NCBI RefSeq assembly: GCF_001194135.2
Contig: NC_068994.1
Span: 44,463,597 to 44,527,596, forward strand
Direction: 5' to 3'
DNA from: Octopus bimaculoides
Taxonomy: Eukaryota
DNA: 64,000 nt
The notes under the pieces are model-generated. The model worked only from the letters and a program-made list of their open reading frames with translations. It ran no database searches and had not been told where the DNA came from. Numbering within the stretch: the first letter of the stretch is position 1; each line of letters starts with the position of its first letter. Shown one piece after another: positions 49,471-63,219 of the stretch. The position numbers were made by a program, and so were the translations under genes.

Positions 49471-51167
49471 CTTGTGCACAGGCAGGGTAGAAGACAAGTA
49501 ATAACTTACTAAGTTTTCAGTTATTCTATGGTATGTTAGTCAAGGGAGAATTTGTACATGGGTGTATTTATTGATATGCATGCAAAGGTGCACCGATGAA
49601 CATGTGTGTAATGCATATGTATGTGCACCTATATATGATGTATGTGGATGCTTAGGCTTAGCAAAGTATGCATGAGTGGGAGTATGCAGCAGTATGTGGA
49701 ATGGTTAATGCAAGTGAGTGATAAGATGAAAGGTTGGATGGTACACTACTTGTCACTCACAACAGACTACAGACATTCTTACAAACCTGCTTTATTTGTC
49801 TACCAGAGAGCTGTTTATTTGAAGCTGATATTATATGCCTGTCAAAGAACTGACCACTAATGCTTCCTCTGATTTGTAGCTGTGGCTGTTCCTACCATAG
49901 TTGATATTCTTGCTAATATTATTGTCATAGTTGTTGCTACTGTGGTTGGTATTGTTATTGGAGTTGCTGTTTTTGTTGTTAGTGTCCTCATCATTGAATC
50001 TAAAGAAATCTGGAGCTATCTCTTTTCCTTCCCTTCTCTCTATTTTGTGTATATATANNNNNNNNNNNNNNNNNNNNNNNNNNNNNNNNNNNNNNNNNNN
50101 NNNNNNNNNNNNNNNNNNNNNNNNNNNNNNNNNNNNNNNNNNNNNNNNNNNNNNNNNNNNNNNNNNNNNNNNNNNNNNNNNNNNNNNNNNNNNNNNNNNN
50201 NNNNNNNNNNNNNNNNNNNNNNNNNNNNNNNNNNNNNNNNNNNNNNNNNNNNNNNNNNNNNNNNNNNNNNNNNNNNNNNNNNNNNNNNNNNNNNNNNNNN
50301 NNNNNNNNNNNNNNNNNNNNNNNNNNNNNNNNNNNNNNNNNNNNNNNNNNNNNNNNNNNNNNNNNNNNNNNNNNNNNNNNNNNNNNNNNNNNNNNNNNNN
50401 NNNNNNNNNNNNNNNNNNNNNNNNNNNNNNNNNNNNNNNNNNNNNNNNNNNNNNNNNNNNNNNNNNNNNNNNNNNNNNNNNNNNNNNNNNNNNNNNNNNN
50501 NNNNNNNNNNNNNNNNNNNNNNNNNNNNNNNNNNNNNNNNNNNNNNNNNNNTATATGTATATATATATATGTAAGATTATATAACTTCAGCAAACAGTTG
50601 TGTAATCCTGTCAGTTGATTTACTGAAATGTGTGTATGTTTTATACAGCTTAAAATACCAAATGTGTTTTCTGTATTTTATTAATACTCTGTGTGTGTGT
50701 GCATGTGGGTGTGAGTGCGCATCTATGTATGTATATGTGTATGTCTATGTGTGTCTGTGTGTGTGTGCATGTGTGTCCATGTATACAATTCCAATCCTGA
50801 CAAAAAAAAAACAAATATGGTTTAATAAAATGACACAACATATTACCGGTACTCATTTCATCAAACTTGGAGAGTAAGGTAAATGAAGGCTCACGAGCAA
50901 ACCTAAATACTTCTTTGCACTTTAAAAACATAAAAATAAAAGCATCAGTTTCCGAAGGTTAACGATCAGCAAAGTATTTAATTGCAGACAGATAGCATAA
51001 AATCTCGTTCAGAACTCAGTAAGACTCTAACAGCCGACCACTCACTAATCCACAAAAGATACTCCAAGTACTTCAGTTACAGTAACAATTTTCACAGACA
51101 TGTAAGCTGTATGCATGTATGTATGTATGCATATATGTATATATGCATATATGTATATATGCATATA

Positions 51168-51209
<42 letters not shown>

Positions 51210-51278
51210 TATACATGTATGTATATATACACACATTCATACATATGTATGTGTATATAAGTATATAGATATATATCC

Positions 51279-51326
<48 letters not shown>

Positions 51327-51733
51327 NNNNNNNNNNNNNNNNNNNNNNNNNNNNNNNNNNNNNNNNNNNNNNNNNNNNNNNNNNNNNNNNNNNNNNNNNN
51401 NNNNNNNNNNNNNNNNNNNNNNNNNNNNNNNNNNNNNNNNNNNNNNNNNNNNNNNNNNNNNNNNNNNNNNNNNNNNNNNNNNNNNNNNNNNNNNNNNNNN
51501 NNNNNNNNNNNNNNNNNNNNNNNNNNNNNNNNNNNNNNNNNNNNNNNNNNNNNNNNNNNNNNNNNNNNNNNNNNNNNNNNNNNNNNNNNNNNNNNNNNNN
51601 NNNNNNNNNNNNNNNNNNNNNNNNNNNNNNNNNNNNNNNNNNNNNNNNNNNNNNNNNNNNNNNNNNNNNNNNNNNNNNNNNNNNNNNNNNNNNNNNNNNN
51701 NNNNNNNNNNNNNNNNNNNNNNNNNNNNNNNNN

Positions 51734-51773
<40 letters not shown>

Positions 51774-52049
51774 GAGAAATATGCGTACCCACTGGTAAAT
51801 TTCTCATCTATAAATTAATGGTTTATTCTACTTAAGATCGCAAAGCAATTTTTTGCAGAGCATAAAATCTCGATGTATAGGATTATCCAACATTTTTTGT
51901 ATATTTTCTTGCTTGCTTTCGTACCTGTGGTTGAATATATAGAAAAAATGTAGAGTGTGTTGTAGGTATTTGACACCTATTTCTAGCATTGGCATTAGTC
52001 ATTTCCAGTAGCCCTTAAAAGTAATTATATCTTTATAATTATATATATG

Positions 52050-52119
<70 letters not shown>

Positions 52120-52569
52120 GCGTGTGTGCATGTGTAACCCACCATTCAATCCTGGTGGATTTAATCAACACAGAGCTCAAGCAGGAAATTCTCTGATATT
52201 CATATGTCAGGCAGACTGGTAGGCAGTCGGGCTTAGCTTTGTGGGGTAGGGCTAGTTGAATGATTCTAATTTGAGCATCATCTTTCATAACAAATTCTTA
52301 TCTATATCACTTGCCCCTGATAAGCCACCAGCACAGTAGGTGTACTCTTGCATGTACACACACACACACACACACACACAATTCATGTGTATGTGCGTGT
52401 GTGTGTATGTATGTATGTATGTATGTATGTATCTGTGTGCATGTCTGTACATGAATGCATACATGTGTACATTTATGTGCATGTTTGTGTGTATGTGTTT
52501 GTGTGTAGTGAGTGTATGTAGGTAAATAGATAAATAGATAAGGGAGGTTGAATATATATTAAATATATA

Positions 52570-52623
<54 letters not shown>

Positions 52624-53083
52624 NNNNNNNNNNNNNNNNNNNNNNNNNNNNNNNNNNNNNNNNNNNNNNNNNNNNNNNNNNNNNNNNNNNNNNNNNNNNN
52701 NNNNNNNNNNNNNNNNNNNNNNNNNNNNNNNNNNNNNNNNNNNNNNNNNNNNNNNNNNNNNNNNNNNNNNNNNNNNNNNNNNNNNNNNNNNNNNNNNNNN
52801 NNNNNNNNNNNNNNNNNNNNNNNNNNNNNNNNNNNNNNNNNNNNNNNNNNNNNNNNNNNNNNNNNNNNNNNNNNNNNNNNNNNNNNNNNNNNNNNNNNNN
52901 NNNNNNNNNNNNNNNNNNNNNNNNNNNNNNNNNNNNNNNNNNNNNNNNNNNNNNNNNNNNNNNNNNNNNNNNNNNNNNNNNNNNNNNNNNNNNNNNNNNN
53001 NNNNNNNNNNNNNNNNNNNNNNNNNNNNNNNNNNNNNNNNNNNNNNNNNNNNNNNNNNNNNNNNNNNNNNNNNNNNNNNNNNN

Positions 53084-53600
<517 letters not shown>

Positions 53601-53688
53601 TGATTCAAGGGTATTTTTAAAATGGACTGGTTATGCAACACTGGTATAGGCTCTTTAATGCATCATTCTTCAAAACATATAGAATATA

Positions 53689-53815
53689 CAGGGTGTCCAC
53701 AAAATCTGGGTACATGGGGATTAACACATACTTTAAGAAATTATTATTTCTTATATTTAATTGTTTATGTTATGATTTTATTTACTCCATGTACCCAGAC
53801 CTTGTGAACACCCTG
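53689..53815. mobile_element. Tc1/mariner-type MITE, 127 bp
   Basis: TA|CAGGGTGTCCACAAAATCTGGGTACATGG ... CCATGTACCCAGACCTTGTGAACACCCTG|TA. Confidence 0.85.
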
Positions 53816-53881
53816 TATAGTACAAAGGATTTTTTACATTTTGCATTAATGCAGACATGTAAGTAATTTATTTATTAAATA

Positions 53882-54376
53882 TTGGATCATTCCACAAATA
53901 ATGCAGTTTTTTTAATACTTCTTTTATTTTTCAAAATTAAGATAAAGTTATTTTTTTAATCTAAAATATACTCTCCTTCAATTTCCACAATGCTCTTCCA
54001 TCTATCTGATAGACTTGCAAGGCCCCTTTTCCAAAATTCACTTGTCCATGACAAAAAATACTACTCTAGTTCTGTTCTGACCTCGTCTACAGAATTCATA
54101 TTTTTCCCGTTCAAATGATTTTGAAGATCTTTGTTGCCTTTATTGAACTCATAAAAGCAAAACATGCCAAATATGTGCTTTTGTCACTTCCATTATAGCT
54201 TTGAAAAAATAACTGTTAAAAATCGAACTGCACTCTTCAAAACTTGCACTTAGAATAAATATAAGATAAAATTACTATCTGCTTTTAAGTAAGTTGATGT
54301 GGGTAGTTTATCCCATTCCCCTCTGACTTTTAGTTCTTGAAATTGAAAAAGCCACATTATTTATGAGATGACCCAA
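53882..54376 (-). mobile_element. Internally deleted mariner with both TIRs
   Basis: TA-flanked TIRs TTGGATCATTCCACAAATAATGC / rc TTGGGTCATCTCATAAATAATGT; minus-strand MEVTKAHIWH start joined to LQNHLNGKNMNSVDEV...WKRGLASLSDRWKSIVEIEGEYILD*. Confidence 0.85.
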
Positions 54377-55584
54377 TATAACAATACAAATTATTTACAT
54401 GTTTTTAAGTCATGAAATTAGAATTTTCTTATTGTTAAATAAAATTTAATCAAAGTATTTCTCTATTATTTATGAATTTATATATATATGTATATATATG
54501 TATGTATGTACGTATGTATGTATGTATGTATTNNNNNNNNNNNNNNNNNNNNNNNNNNNNNNNNNNNNNNNNNNNNNNNNNNNNNNNNNNNNNNNNNNNN
54601 NNNNNNNNNNNNNNNNNNNNNNNNNNNNNNNNNNNNNNNNNNNNNNNNNNNNNNNNNNNNNNNNNNNNNNNNNNNNNNNNNNNNNNNNNNNNNNNNNNNN
54701 NNNNNNNNNNNNNNNNNNNNNNNNNNNNNNNNNNNNNNNNNNNNNNNNNNNNNNNNNNNNNNNNNNNNNNNNNNNNNNNNNNNNNNNNNNNNNNNNNNNN
54801 NNNNNNNNNNNNNNNNNNNNNNNNNNNNNNNNNNNNNNNNNNNNNNNNNNNNNNNNNNNNNNNNNNNNNNNNNNNNNNNNNNNNNNNNNNNNNNNNNNNN
54901 NNNNNNNNNNNNNNNNNNNNNNNNNNNNNNNNNNNNNNNNNNNNNNNNNTATATATATATATATATATATATATTCATGTATTTTTTACCAGGCATGAAT
55001 TTGCATCTTTCCAGTTTTCCTTTTTGGTCTTACTGATATGTGTATAATCATTCTTGTACCTCTCTTATGATTCTTTCTGTTTGTCTTCAGCTGTATGACA
55101 GCATCCTACATTTTATTTTAAAAGTGGGTCTGTTTAGAAACCCAGATTTGTGTCTGGAGCAAAATACACAACTTTACTTTAATAGGTATAACAAATATTT
55201 ATTTTTGTGTATTTTTTCCATCTTACCATATTTATATTTCAATGTATTTATTATCTCTCTAAACATGAATTCATTTACGTATTTGTTTAGGCTTCTGCTA
55301 AAAAGCTTTACACGAAAAAAAATATTTTGTTATAGTTACGAAATATTTATTTGTATGGTGTGTGTGTGTGCAAGCATGGTTGTGTGATTAGGGAGTTTGC
55401 TTCACAACAGCAAGTCCTAGGTTTCACAAAAGCAAGTAGTACGGTTTAGGGTTCAGTCCCACTCAGTGGGACCTAGGACAAGTGCCTTTTAATGTAATTC
55501 AGGACCAACCAATGCCATGTGAGTAAATTTGGAGGAAAATGTATGGAAACCTGTTATATATAGTAATTTCAAATGTTTGCACAA

Positions 55585-55777
55585 GGCCAGCAATTTCAGG
55601 AGAGGGAGTTAGTTGATTACATCAACCCCAATGCTCAACAGGTACTTATTTTATCAATCTCAATTGGATGAAAGGCAAAGTCAACCAGGGTAGAATTTGA
55701 ACTCAGAACATCAAGACAGACAAAATACTGCAAAGCATTTAGCCTAGCATGCTAACAATTCCACCAGCTCACTGCCC
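55585..55777 (-). mobile_element. SINE family A (CORE-like)
   Basis: Reverse complement of 12048-12240. Confidence 0.75.
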
Positions 55778-56030
55778 TCCATGTTGTATATATCATTATA
55801 TGTGTGCGTTTGTGCGCGCGCGTGTGTGTGTGTGTGTGTTTTCTCTCTTCTTTCCAATTATAACCAGGTGGAATGCACTCCTCAATGTGAAAAGCACTCT
55901 ACAAAAACTGGATGGCATTAGGAAGGGCACCCTGTCATGCTATGTATGTATGTATGTATGTATGTGTTTATACATGTAAATAAACACATCCATGTGTGAG
56001 TGTGGGTGTGTGTATATATATATATATATA

Positions 56031-56061
<31 letters not shown>

Positions 56062-56249
56062 TGAAAGCTTATCACAAGCCCCACATGTCAAACTCCATTC
56101 ATATGGTAATATGGCATTGGTCAATCCAACTCTATAGTAGAAGACACATACCTAAAATTCTGCATTGTAGTATTGAACCCAGAACCATAGGGCTATGAAA
56201 CAAACTTCTAAATTGTACAGCCATATCTACATGACACATATATCATCAT

Positions 56250-57740
56250 CATCATCAACATCATTCTATTTTTGCTTTTCCATGCTTGCATTAATTGTCT
56301 AGCATAATGTCTCACTACTTGGTGCAACCCTTCATCATCTTTTTTGTGAGGTTCAGCCTCCTGAGATCACTTTTAATCAATTCTTGATATTTCTGCTTTT
56401 GCCTTTCACAAATGCAACATGTGTTCCTTCTATTTGGACTGTTTGCCACTTTTTTCCCCACCTGCCACTCTCCATTCTCATTACATGTCCATACCTGCTC
56501 ATTCTTCTGTCTTACACACATCATCTTATACCCACTTACCGTAAATCCTCGAGTATAGTCCGCCCTTGAGAATAATACGCAGAGGATTTTTAGGGGGCTG
56601 TACCTCTGAAAAACCTAAACCTTGTGCATAATACGCACCCCTTCTCTAACTTGAGTCAAGGAGGTCTACATAACATCCTTGGTTTGTAAATGTATATACG
56701 ATAACGTCCTTTATTATTATTGTATATATAACATAATGCAAACATGTAGCCTTTTTGTGCACTTTGTTTGCAGAAAATAAAGAAATAACAGTAATAATGT
56801 TGGTGAAAAATAAATATTAAGTAAATTGCCTTTGCATATTTATCACTTAGAAAATTTTGCTTAGAAGATATTTTTCATTTTTAACCTCGTATATAGTACG
56901 CACTAGAAATTTTAACCTTTAAATTTTGGGAAAAAAGTGCGGATTATACTCGAGGATTTACGGTATATGCACTCTGTTATCCATATGCATTCACATCACA
57001 ATCCAGATGAATATACTTACCTTATTTCTTTTTCACCAATTTTTCCTCTCGGCTCATTTGTATTCCATTGTTCACTCATACTAACAATTCACATCCAGCA
57101 AAGCAATCCCACTTCCTTGATTTCCAGCCTTTTCATATCCTCTGCATTCAATACCCATATTTTCTACTATGCAACCGTGCAATTCATCCACAGGCATCAT
57201 ACAATCTACCCTTCGCTTGGAGGCAATCTCTTGGTTGCTCACAGAAATAATAGTTCCCTAAACGTTTTCCATTTTGTTCTTACTCTAACTACTCTGCTTT
57301 CAGAACAACTTTCTCCACTGATAATTAGGCCACCTAGATAACACGTTATCTTCGAGGGAGCCCCACCAAGCATTTAAAAGAATTTATATCATCGGTGCTC
57401 TTACTGCTAACTACTTGTGTATATCTGCTACATCTAAAAATCAGTTTTCACGGTCAGCCAAGTTGTGATCTTACTGCACCTCATTTGACCCATATTTTGT
57501 ACACTATAAAGAATTTCTAGTCACTCCTTGCCCACATAACAAAAATTGCCACTACCCAGATGACACTGGAGTTTTAACTTCTCACCTGCTAACTAAAACA
57601 GTGGTCTTTGCTAGGTTTGCATTGAGGCCTCTTAATTCCAGGCCTCTTAATGCCAGGCCTCACTGCCACATTTAGAACTTCTTCTCAAATTCTTTGTGGC
57701 ATATTAAAGTTACCACAGACAGCTGGTCTTAAACTCCTCT
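56250..57740 (-). mobile_element. Old RTE-clade LINE fragment interrupted by a MITE
   Basis: Minus-strand GLNANLAKTTVLVSR, GQGVTRNS, GRLYDAC and GHVMRME remnants; tail near 56250. Confidence 0.7.
56539..56963. mobile_element. TA-targeting MITE (Tc1/mariner-pogo type), 425 bp
   Basis: 25-bp TIRs CCGTAAATCCTCGAGTATAGTCCGC / rc CCGTAAATCCTCGAGTATAATCCGC (1 mismatch); TA on both sides. Confidence 0.92.
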
Positions 57741-58699
57741 GTTTGGCCTGGAGAACAATAATAAACTGGAAGAGACTAAGAAATGAGTCCTGATGGATGT
57801 CTATATACATAATTGTAAATTCCTTGCTGGAATCAATTCTAATCCTCTTTGATTACAGCATCTCTGATTATGGCAATCTTTGATTACAGCATCTCTGTAC
57901 ATGGCTTGCACTTCCATTTTTCTGACCTCTTGTCTCTTGAAACTCATTGGTCAAATGTATCCTCTGCCCAGGCCCACCCAATTCACTCATCTTTCCTCTT
58001 CCTATCACTCATATTGTGTCTTCCTCCAACCACCACCCAATCCTACACTGATCATTAATCCTAATCCTTTCTCCTCAGGATGATATCCCCGAAGAATTTT
58101 TTTCCACCACTTTCTCATTTTTATTTTTTTATTCTTTTTGTCTTGCATGTTATTTTCTTTACCTTTTTCTTTTTATTAATTTCTGTTGTTCAAGAAAAAC
58201 ATCAGCTACTTCAATCTTACCAGCCTTAGAAGGGCAGTGAAGGCCATCAACATAACCCATTCCTACAGACTAAACAATTAAAAGAAAAAAGGGGACTGAG
58301 TTTGCATCATAGAAATTTATTCATTCAACTACTTCTATTTCAGTCAAGAATATGTGAGTCTAGCTGAGGATATCTCTAGATACTCTGGTTTTCTGCCCTT
58401 TCAAAGGATGGGAGATAACTGTGTGTCATACTGTGTGTCTATTTAAGTATCTTCAGGTCATCCATACCTTGTATGGGAACTGTATGGAAGCCTGTCTTGT
58501 GGATTGCAACTGTAATTCAAATATCCAGCTTTATTTTGTTATGTCAAGGTCATTCTGCTTGAGAATTATATTCAGGGAAAACCTTAACATACCTTTAGAA
58601 TTAGATTAAGGAAATATTCAGCCAAGCATCTTACATGCTAAAACAATGACTCTAAAAGTATAGTTAATTGGAAAAACAACTATACAATCACAATTGGAA

Positions 58700-58742
<43 letters not shown>

Positions 58743-58748
<6 letters not shown>

Positions 58749-58995
58749 CTCTGATTTCCAATTATAACCAGGAGGAATGCACTGCTCAATGTGGAAAGCA
58801 CTCTGCAAAAATTGGATGGCATTAGGAAGGGCATCCTGTCATAGAAACCATGCGAAAAGGGACGGTAGAGCTTGGCGCAATGCTCTGGCTTACCAGCTTC
58901 GGTCAACCCATCCAACCCATGCCAGCATGGAAAACAGACGTTAAATAGTGATGATGATGAGGAGGAGGATGATGATAATGACGGTGATGATGATG
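58743..58995 (+). mobile_element. RTE 3' terminus with (GAT)n tail
   Basis: tggcattaggaagggcatcc...ccatgccagcatggaaaacagacgttaaa(gat)n. Confidence 0.75.
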
Positions 58996-59477
58996 ACATG
59001 TAAGTGTGTGCATGTATGCATGTGTGTATGTGTGCATGTGTGTATGTGTTGTATATATAAATGTTCCTCTAGTACCTCAGGAATGCATCTTTATGCAGAA
59101 TCTACCAAAGAGCTCTTCTTATTACATCGTGTAGACTAAATCGACAAAAAAAACAAAAACTAAACAAAATTTGAAGCATTTATTTCAAAGCAGGTACCTA
59201 GAATCATATTTAATTCAATTACTCTACATAACATTATATCAATTTACAACCAAATACACACGTGCACAAGTGCACACAGAAACACACACACACACACACA
59301 CACACATGCGCGCGCATACATTTATGAATACTGATGTAATAGTGTGAAACATTATAGCAAGTTGCATCTCTTCATGTCAAAAAGTCTAACTTGTCAAAAG
59401 TCTAACATTTAACACCCAGAGGCTGATGAAATAACTACCAGAATAAGTTATGAAGTAAATACAAATAACAAAAATCT

Positions 59478-59745
59478 TTGAAAACAGTGCCCCAGCATGG
59501 CCACAGTTCAACGACTAAAACCAATAAAGACATAATAGAATTTTGAGAATTGGATTAGTGATAAAATCCTTGAAGGCAGTACTCCAGCATGGTCGCTGTC
59601 CAATGATTAAAACCAGTACAAGAAAAACAGGGTCTGAGAAATAGGCTAGTGATAAATCTCTTGAAGGTGGTGCCCCAGCATGGCCACTGCCCAATGACTA
59701 AAACCAACAAAGGGATAATAGAATCTTAGGAATGGATTAGCAGCA
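59478..59745 (+). repeat. Three tandem ~92-bp units containing the SINE B tail
   Basis: Units start at 59478, 59570 and 59661; each has ttgaa..c..tgccccagcatggcc...aatgactaaaacca. Confidence 0.8.
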
Positions 59746-60134
59746 ATTTATATATTTATTCAAATATTTCTTTGTCAGGATTTACCTGTCTCTGGAAATA
59801 CTACTCAGATTTCTTTATCTCTGACTATACGTAGAAATTCTATCAAAGAATCACCGTCTATTTGGAATGCCTGAGTAGATTATGGTTACATGTTGTTCTT
59901 CCTCGAGATACATACTTCCTCCAGGTTTCATTCTTGGGTATGTTGAATGTGTAGTATTGAATACATCATGTGGTATCTCATATTTCTAACAAAAGAGGTT
60001 TTTTCCTGTTAAAGCAATGCCAATTGTTTGTGGGTTAAAAGCTAGATCACCTAAAACAGCAATTTTGCTTCTTTGTGTCTTGCTACAAGAGTTCTAGTTG
60101 CTAGCAACAGATTTCATACAGTTGGATACACTTT

Positions 60135-61469
60135 TACACTTTTACTTGTTTCAGTCATTTTGACTGTGGCCATGCTGGAGCACCGCCTTTTACTCAAAGA
60201 AATTGACCCCTGGACTTATTCTTTGTAAGCCTGTTACTTATTCTATCGGTCTCTTTTGCCGAACCACTAGGTTACCGGGATGTAAACACACCAACTTCAG
60301 TTGTCAAGTAATGGTGGAGAGACAAACACAGACACAGACACACAAATATACATATATTTAAATACAACAGGATTCTTTCAGTTTCTATCTACCAAATTCA
60401 CTCATAAGGCTTTGGTTGGCCTGAGGCTATTGTAGATGACACCTACTGAAGGTGCATGCAGTGGAACTGAACCTAGAACCATGTGGTTGAGAAACAAGCT
60501 TCTTACCACACAGCCATGCCTGCGTCTATGATAATTGATCTTATCTTTTACTTGTTTCAGTCATTAGATTATGGCCATGCTAGGGCACAGCCTTAAAGGA
60601 TATCTTGTCGAATGAATTGACCCTAGTATTTATTTTCTTCTTAAGCCTGATAGTTATTCTATGAATCTCTCCTGCCGAATTGCTAAGTTACACAGATGTA
60701 AACACATCAACAATAACACCAGTTGTGTAGAGGCGATGGGGAACAAATACAGACACATAATTACAAACATACACACATACGATGGGCTTCTTTCAGTTTC
60801 CATCTACCAAGTCCACTTCAAATGACTGAAACAAGTAAAAGAACAAAAGAATAAAGATAAACGGGGATGTGTGTGTGTGAGAGAGAGGGAGAGGGAGAGG
60901 AGAGAGAGAGGGAGAGAGAGAGCAAGAGAGAGAGAGCAAGAGAGAGAGAGCAAGAGAGAGNNNNNNNNNNNNNNNNNNNNNNNNNNNNNNNNNNNNNNNN
61001 NNNNNNNNNNNNNNNNNNNNNNNNNNNNNNNNNNNNNNNNNNNNNNNNNNNNNNNNNNNNNNNNNNNNNNNNNNNNNNNNNNNNNNNNNNNNNNNNNNNN
61101 NNNNNNNNNNNNNNNNNNNNNNNNNNNNNNNNNNNNNNNNNNNNNNNNNNNNNNNNNNNNNNNNNNNNNNNNNNNNNNNNNNNNNNNNNNNNNNNNNNNN
61201 NNNNNNNNNNNNNNNNNNNNNNNNNNNNNNNNNNNNNNNNNNNNNNNNNNNNNNNNNNNNNNNNNNNNNNNNNNNNNNNNNNNNNNNNNNNNNNNNNNNN
61301 NNNNNNNNNNNNNNNNNNNNNNNNNNNNNNNNNNNNNNNNNNNNNNNNNNNNNNNNNNNNNNNNNNNNNNNNNNNNNNNNNNNNNNNNNNNNNNNNNNNN
61401 NNNNNNNNNNNNNNNNNNNNNNNNNNNNNNNNNNNNNNNNNNNNNNNNNNNNNNNNNNNNNNNNNNNNN

Positions 61470-61524
<55 letters not shown>

Positions 61525-61765
61525 CTATGTGTGTTTGTCATTGTGTCTGTGTTCATCCCCCATCACTGCTTGACAAACTGTGTTGGTGTGTTTACATCCC
61601 CCCACAACTTAGTGGTTCAGCAAAAGGAGAATGATAGACTAAGTACTAGGCTTAAGATAATAAGTCCTGGGTGGGGTCAATTTGATTGACTAAAACTCTT
61701 CAAGGTGATGCTCCAGCATGGGCTCAGTCAAATGACTGAAATAACTTAAAGAATAAAAGAATAAT
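60135..61765. mobile_element. SINE family B cluster (two minus copies, plus-strand tails, gap between)
   Basis: 60135-60530 (-, full), 60545-60810 (-), 60815-60860 (+ tail), 61500-61765 (+, 3' half). Confidence 0.8.
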
Positions 61766-62794
61766 GGTTGCTTGTACATGTGTGTATGTGAGAGAAAGAG
61801 GGAGAGAGAGAGAGAGAGAGGGTGGGAGAGAGAATACAGAAATTTCACTTAACTAGTCTTTCTTGTTCTCATTCCTACGAAATAAAGTCCACGGTCATCT
61901 ACTCAGGTGGTCCACGAGATTTAGTTAATGACTTACTGTTAGAGGTAATGGTAATAAAGGAGTGGAAGAAGTTCTCAAAGATACGATTGTTGTTGGCAAC
62001 AATTGATTACAAGAGAGAACTTCTACGCAGTAACTCAGCCAGCTAGGATTAGCAGACAGCCCACTCTCAGACCACACCTTAGTATCTTCAATAAAGGATG
62101 TATTGAACAATATAGTCTCTGATAGGTGAAATAATGGGATGGTCATAACTAGAATACCTCTGATAATAAATCTTTTTTAATGAAAATTGACTGAGCTTAA
62201 CAAGAGCAAGAGAAAAACATTTCTTTTTTAAAGAGTAATGTAATTTGCAGGAAACATTGCAATTTATGTAACTAATATAAATGTTTGAAAAAGAACCATT
62301 TGAGCTATGCAGGTGAGAATTTGTAAGGTGATGTCAGAAAACATTATTTTAACATATATAAGTCGTTCAATGATCCTATGATCCATCACAAAATATAGAA
62401 TCATTAAACAAGGTAATACAATTTTTCTTTCTTTTTTATTTTCTGACATACCTGAAATATTTTGCTTAAGTCCTCACCTGCATTGTTCAAAGGTTTTTTT
62501 TCTTTCTTTCATTTTTTACAAATATTTATGTCATTTCTTTCAACATGAAATTGACTAACTGTACAGAGTAAGCATGTAAAAAAGTATGGCAATTTTTGGT
62601 AGTAAGATACACACATTGACAGTGAAGAGTGGGACAAGTGAGAAACAGGGCAGACACAATTCACTGGGACAGCTTATGTAAAATGCAGGAAAGAAAAAAA
62701 TGCTACTGACTTGAGAATGTAGCTTAGTGTTACTAACAGATACAACTGACATGTATACTATATTATATATACATGTGTGTGTGTGTGTGTGTGT

Positions 62795-63205
62795 GTATCA
62801 TCATCACCATTATCATCGTTTAACATCTGCTTTCCATGCTGGCATGGATTGGATGGTTTGACTAAGGACTGGCAAGCTAGGAGGCTGCACCAGGCTCCAA
62901 TCTGATCTGGCAAGGTTTCTACAGCTGGATGTCCTTCCTAAAGCCAACCAGTCCGAGAGTGTAGAGGGTGCTTTTAACATGCCACCGGCACAGGTGCCAG
63001 TCAGGCAGCACTGGCATCGACCATGTTCAGATGGTAGTTTTTACATGTCACCGGCACGGGATACAGTCAGGGAGCACTGGCATCGACCACATTCAGATAG
63101 CAATTTTACATGCCACCAGCATGGGAGCCAATCAGAAGACACTGGCATCAACCACGTTTGGATGATGCTTTTTACATGTCACAAGTATGGGAGCCAGTCA
63201 GGCTT
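62795..63205 (-). mobile_element. RTE 3'UTR with four subrepeats and tail
   Basis: Reverse complement of 10430-10836. Confidence 0.8.
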
Positions 63206-63219
63206 TATATATTTCTAAT

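Noticed and set aside
59423-59460. CTGATGA-A-ATAACT...AGTTAT-GAAG hammerhead-like motif
   Set aside because: Helix II forms, but GAAA is GAAG and no helix I or III partner exists.
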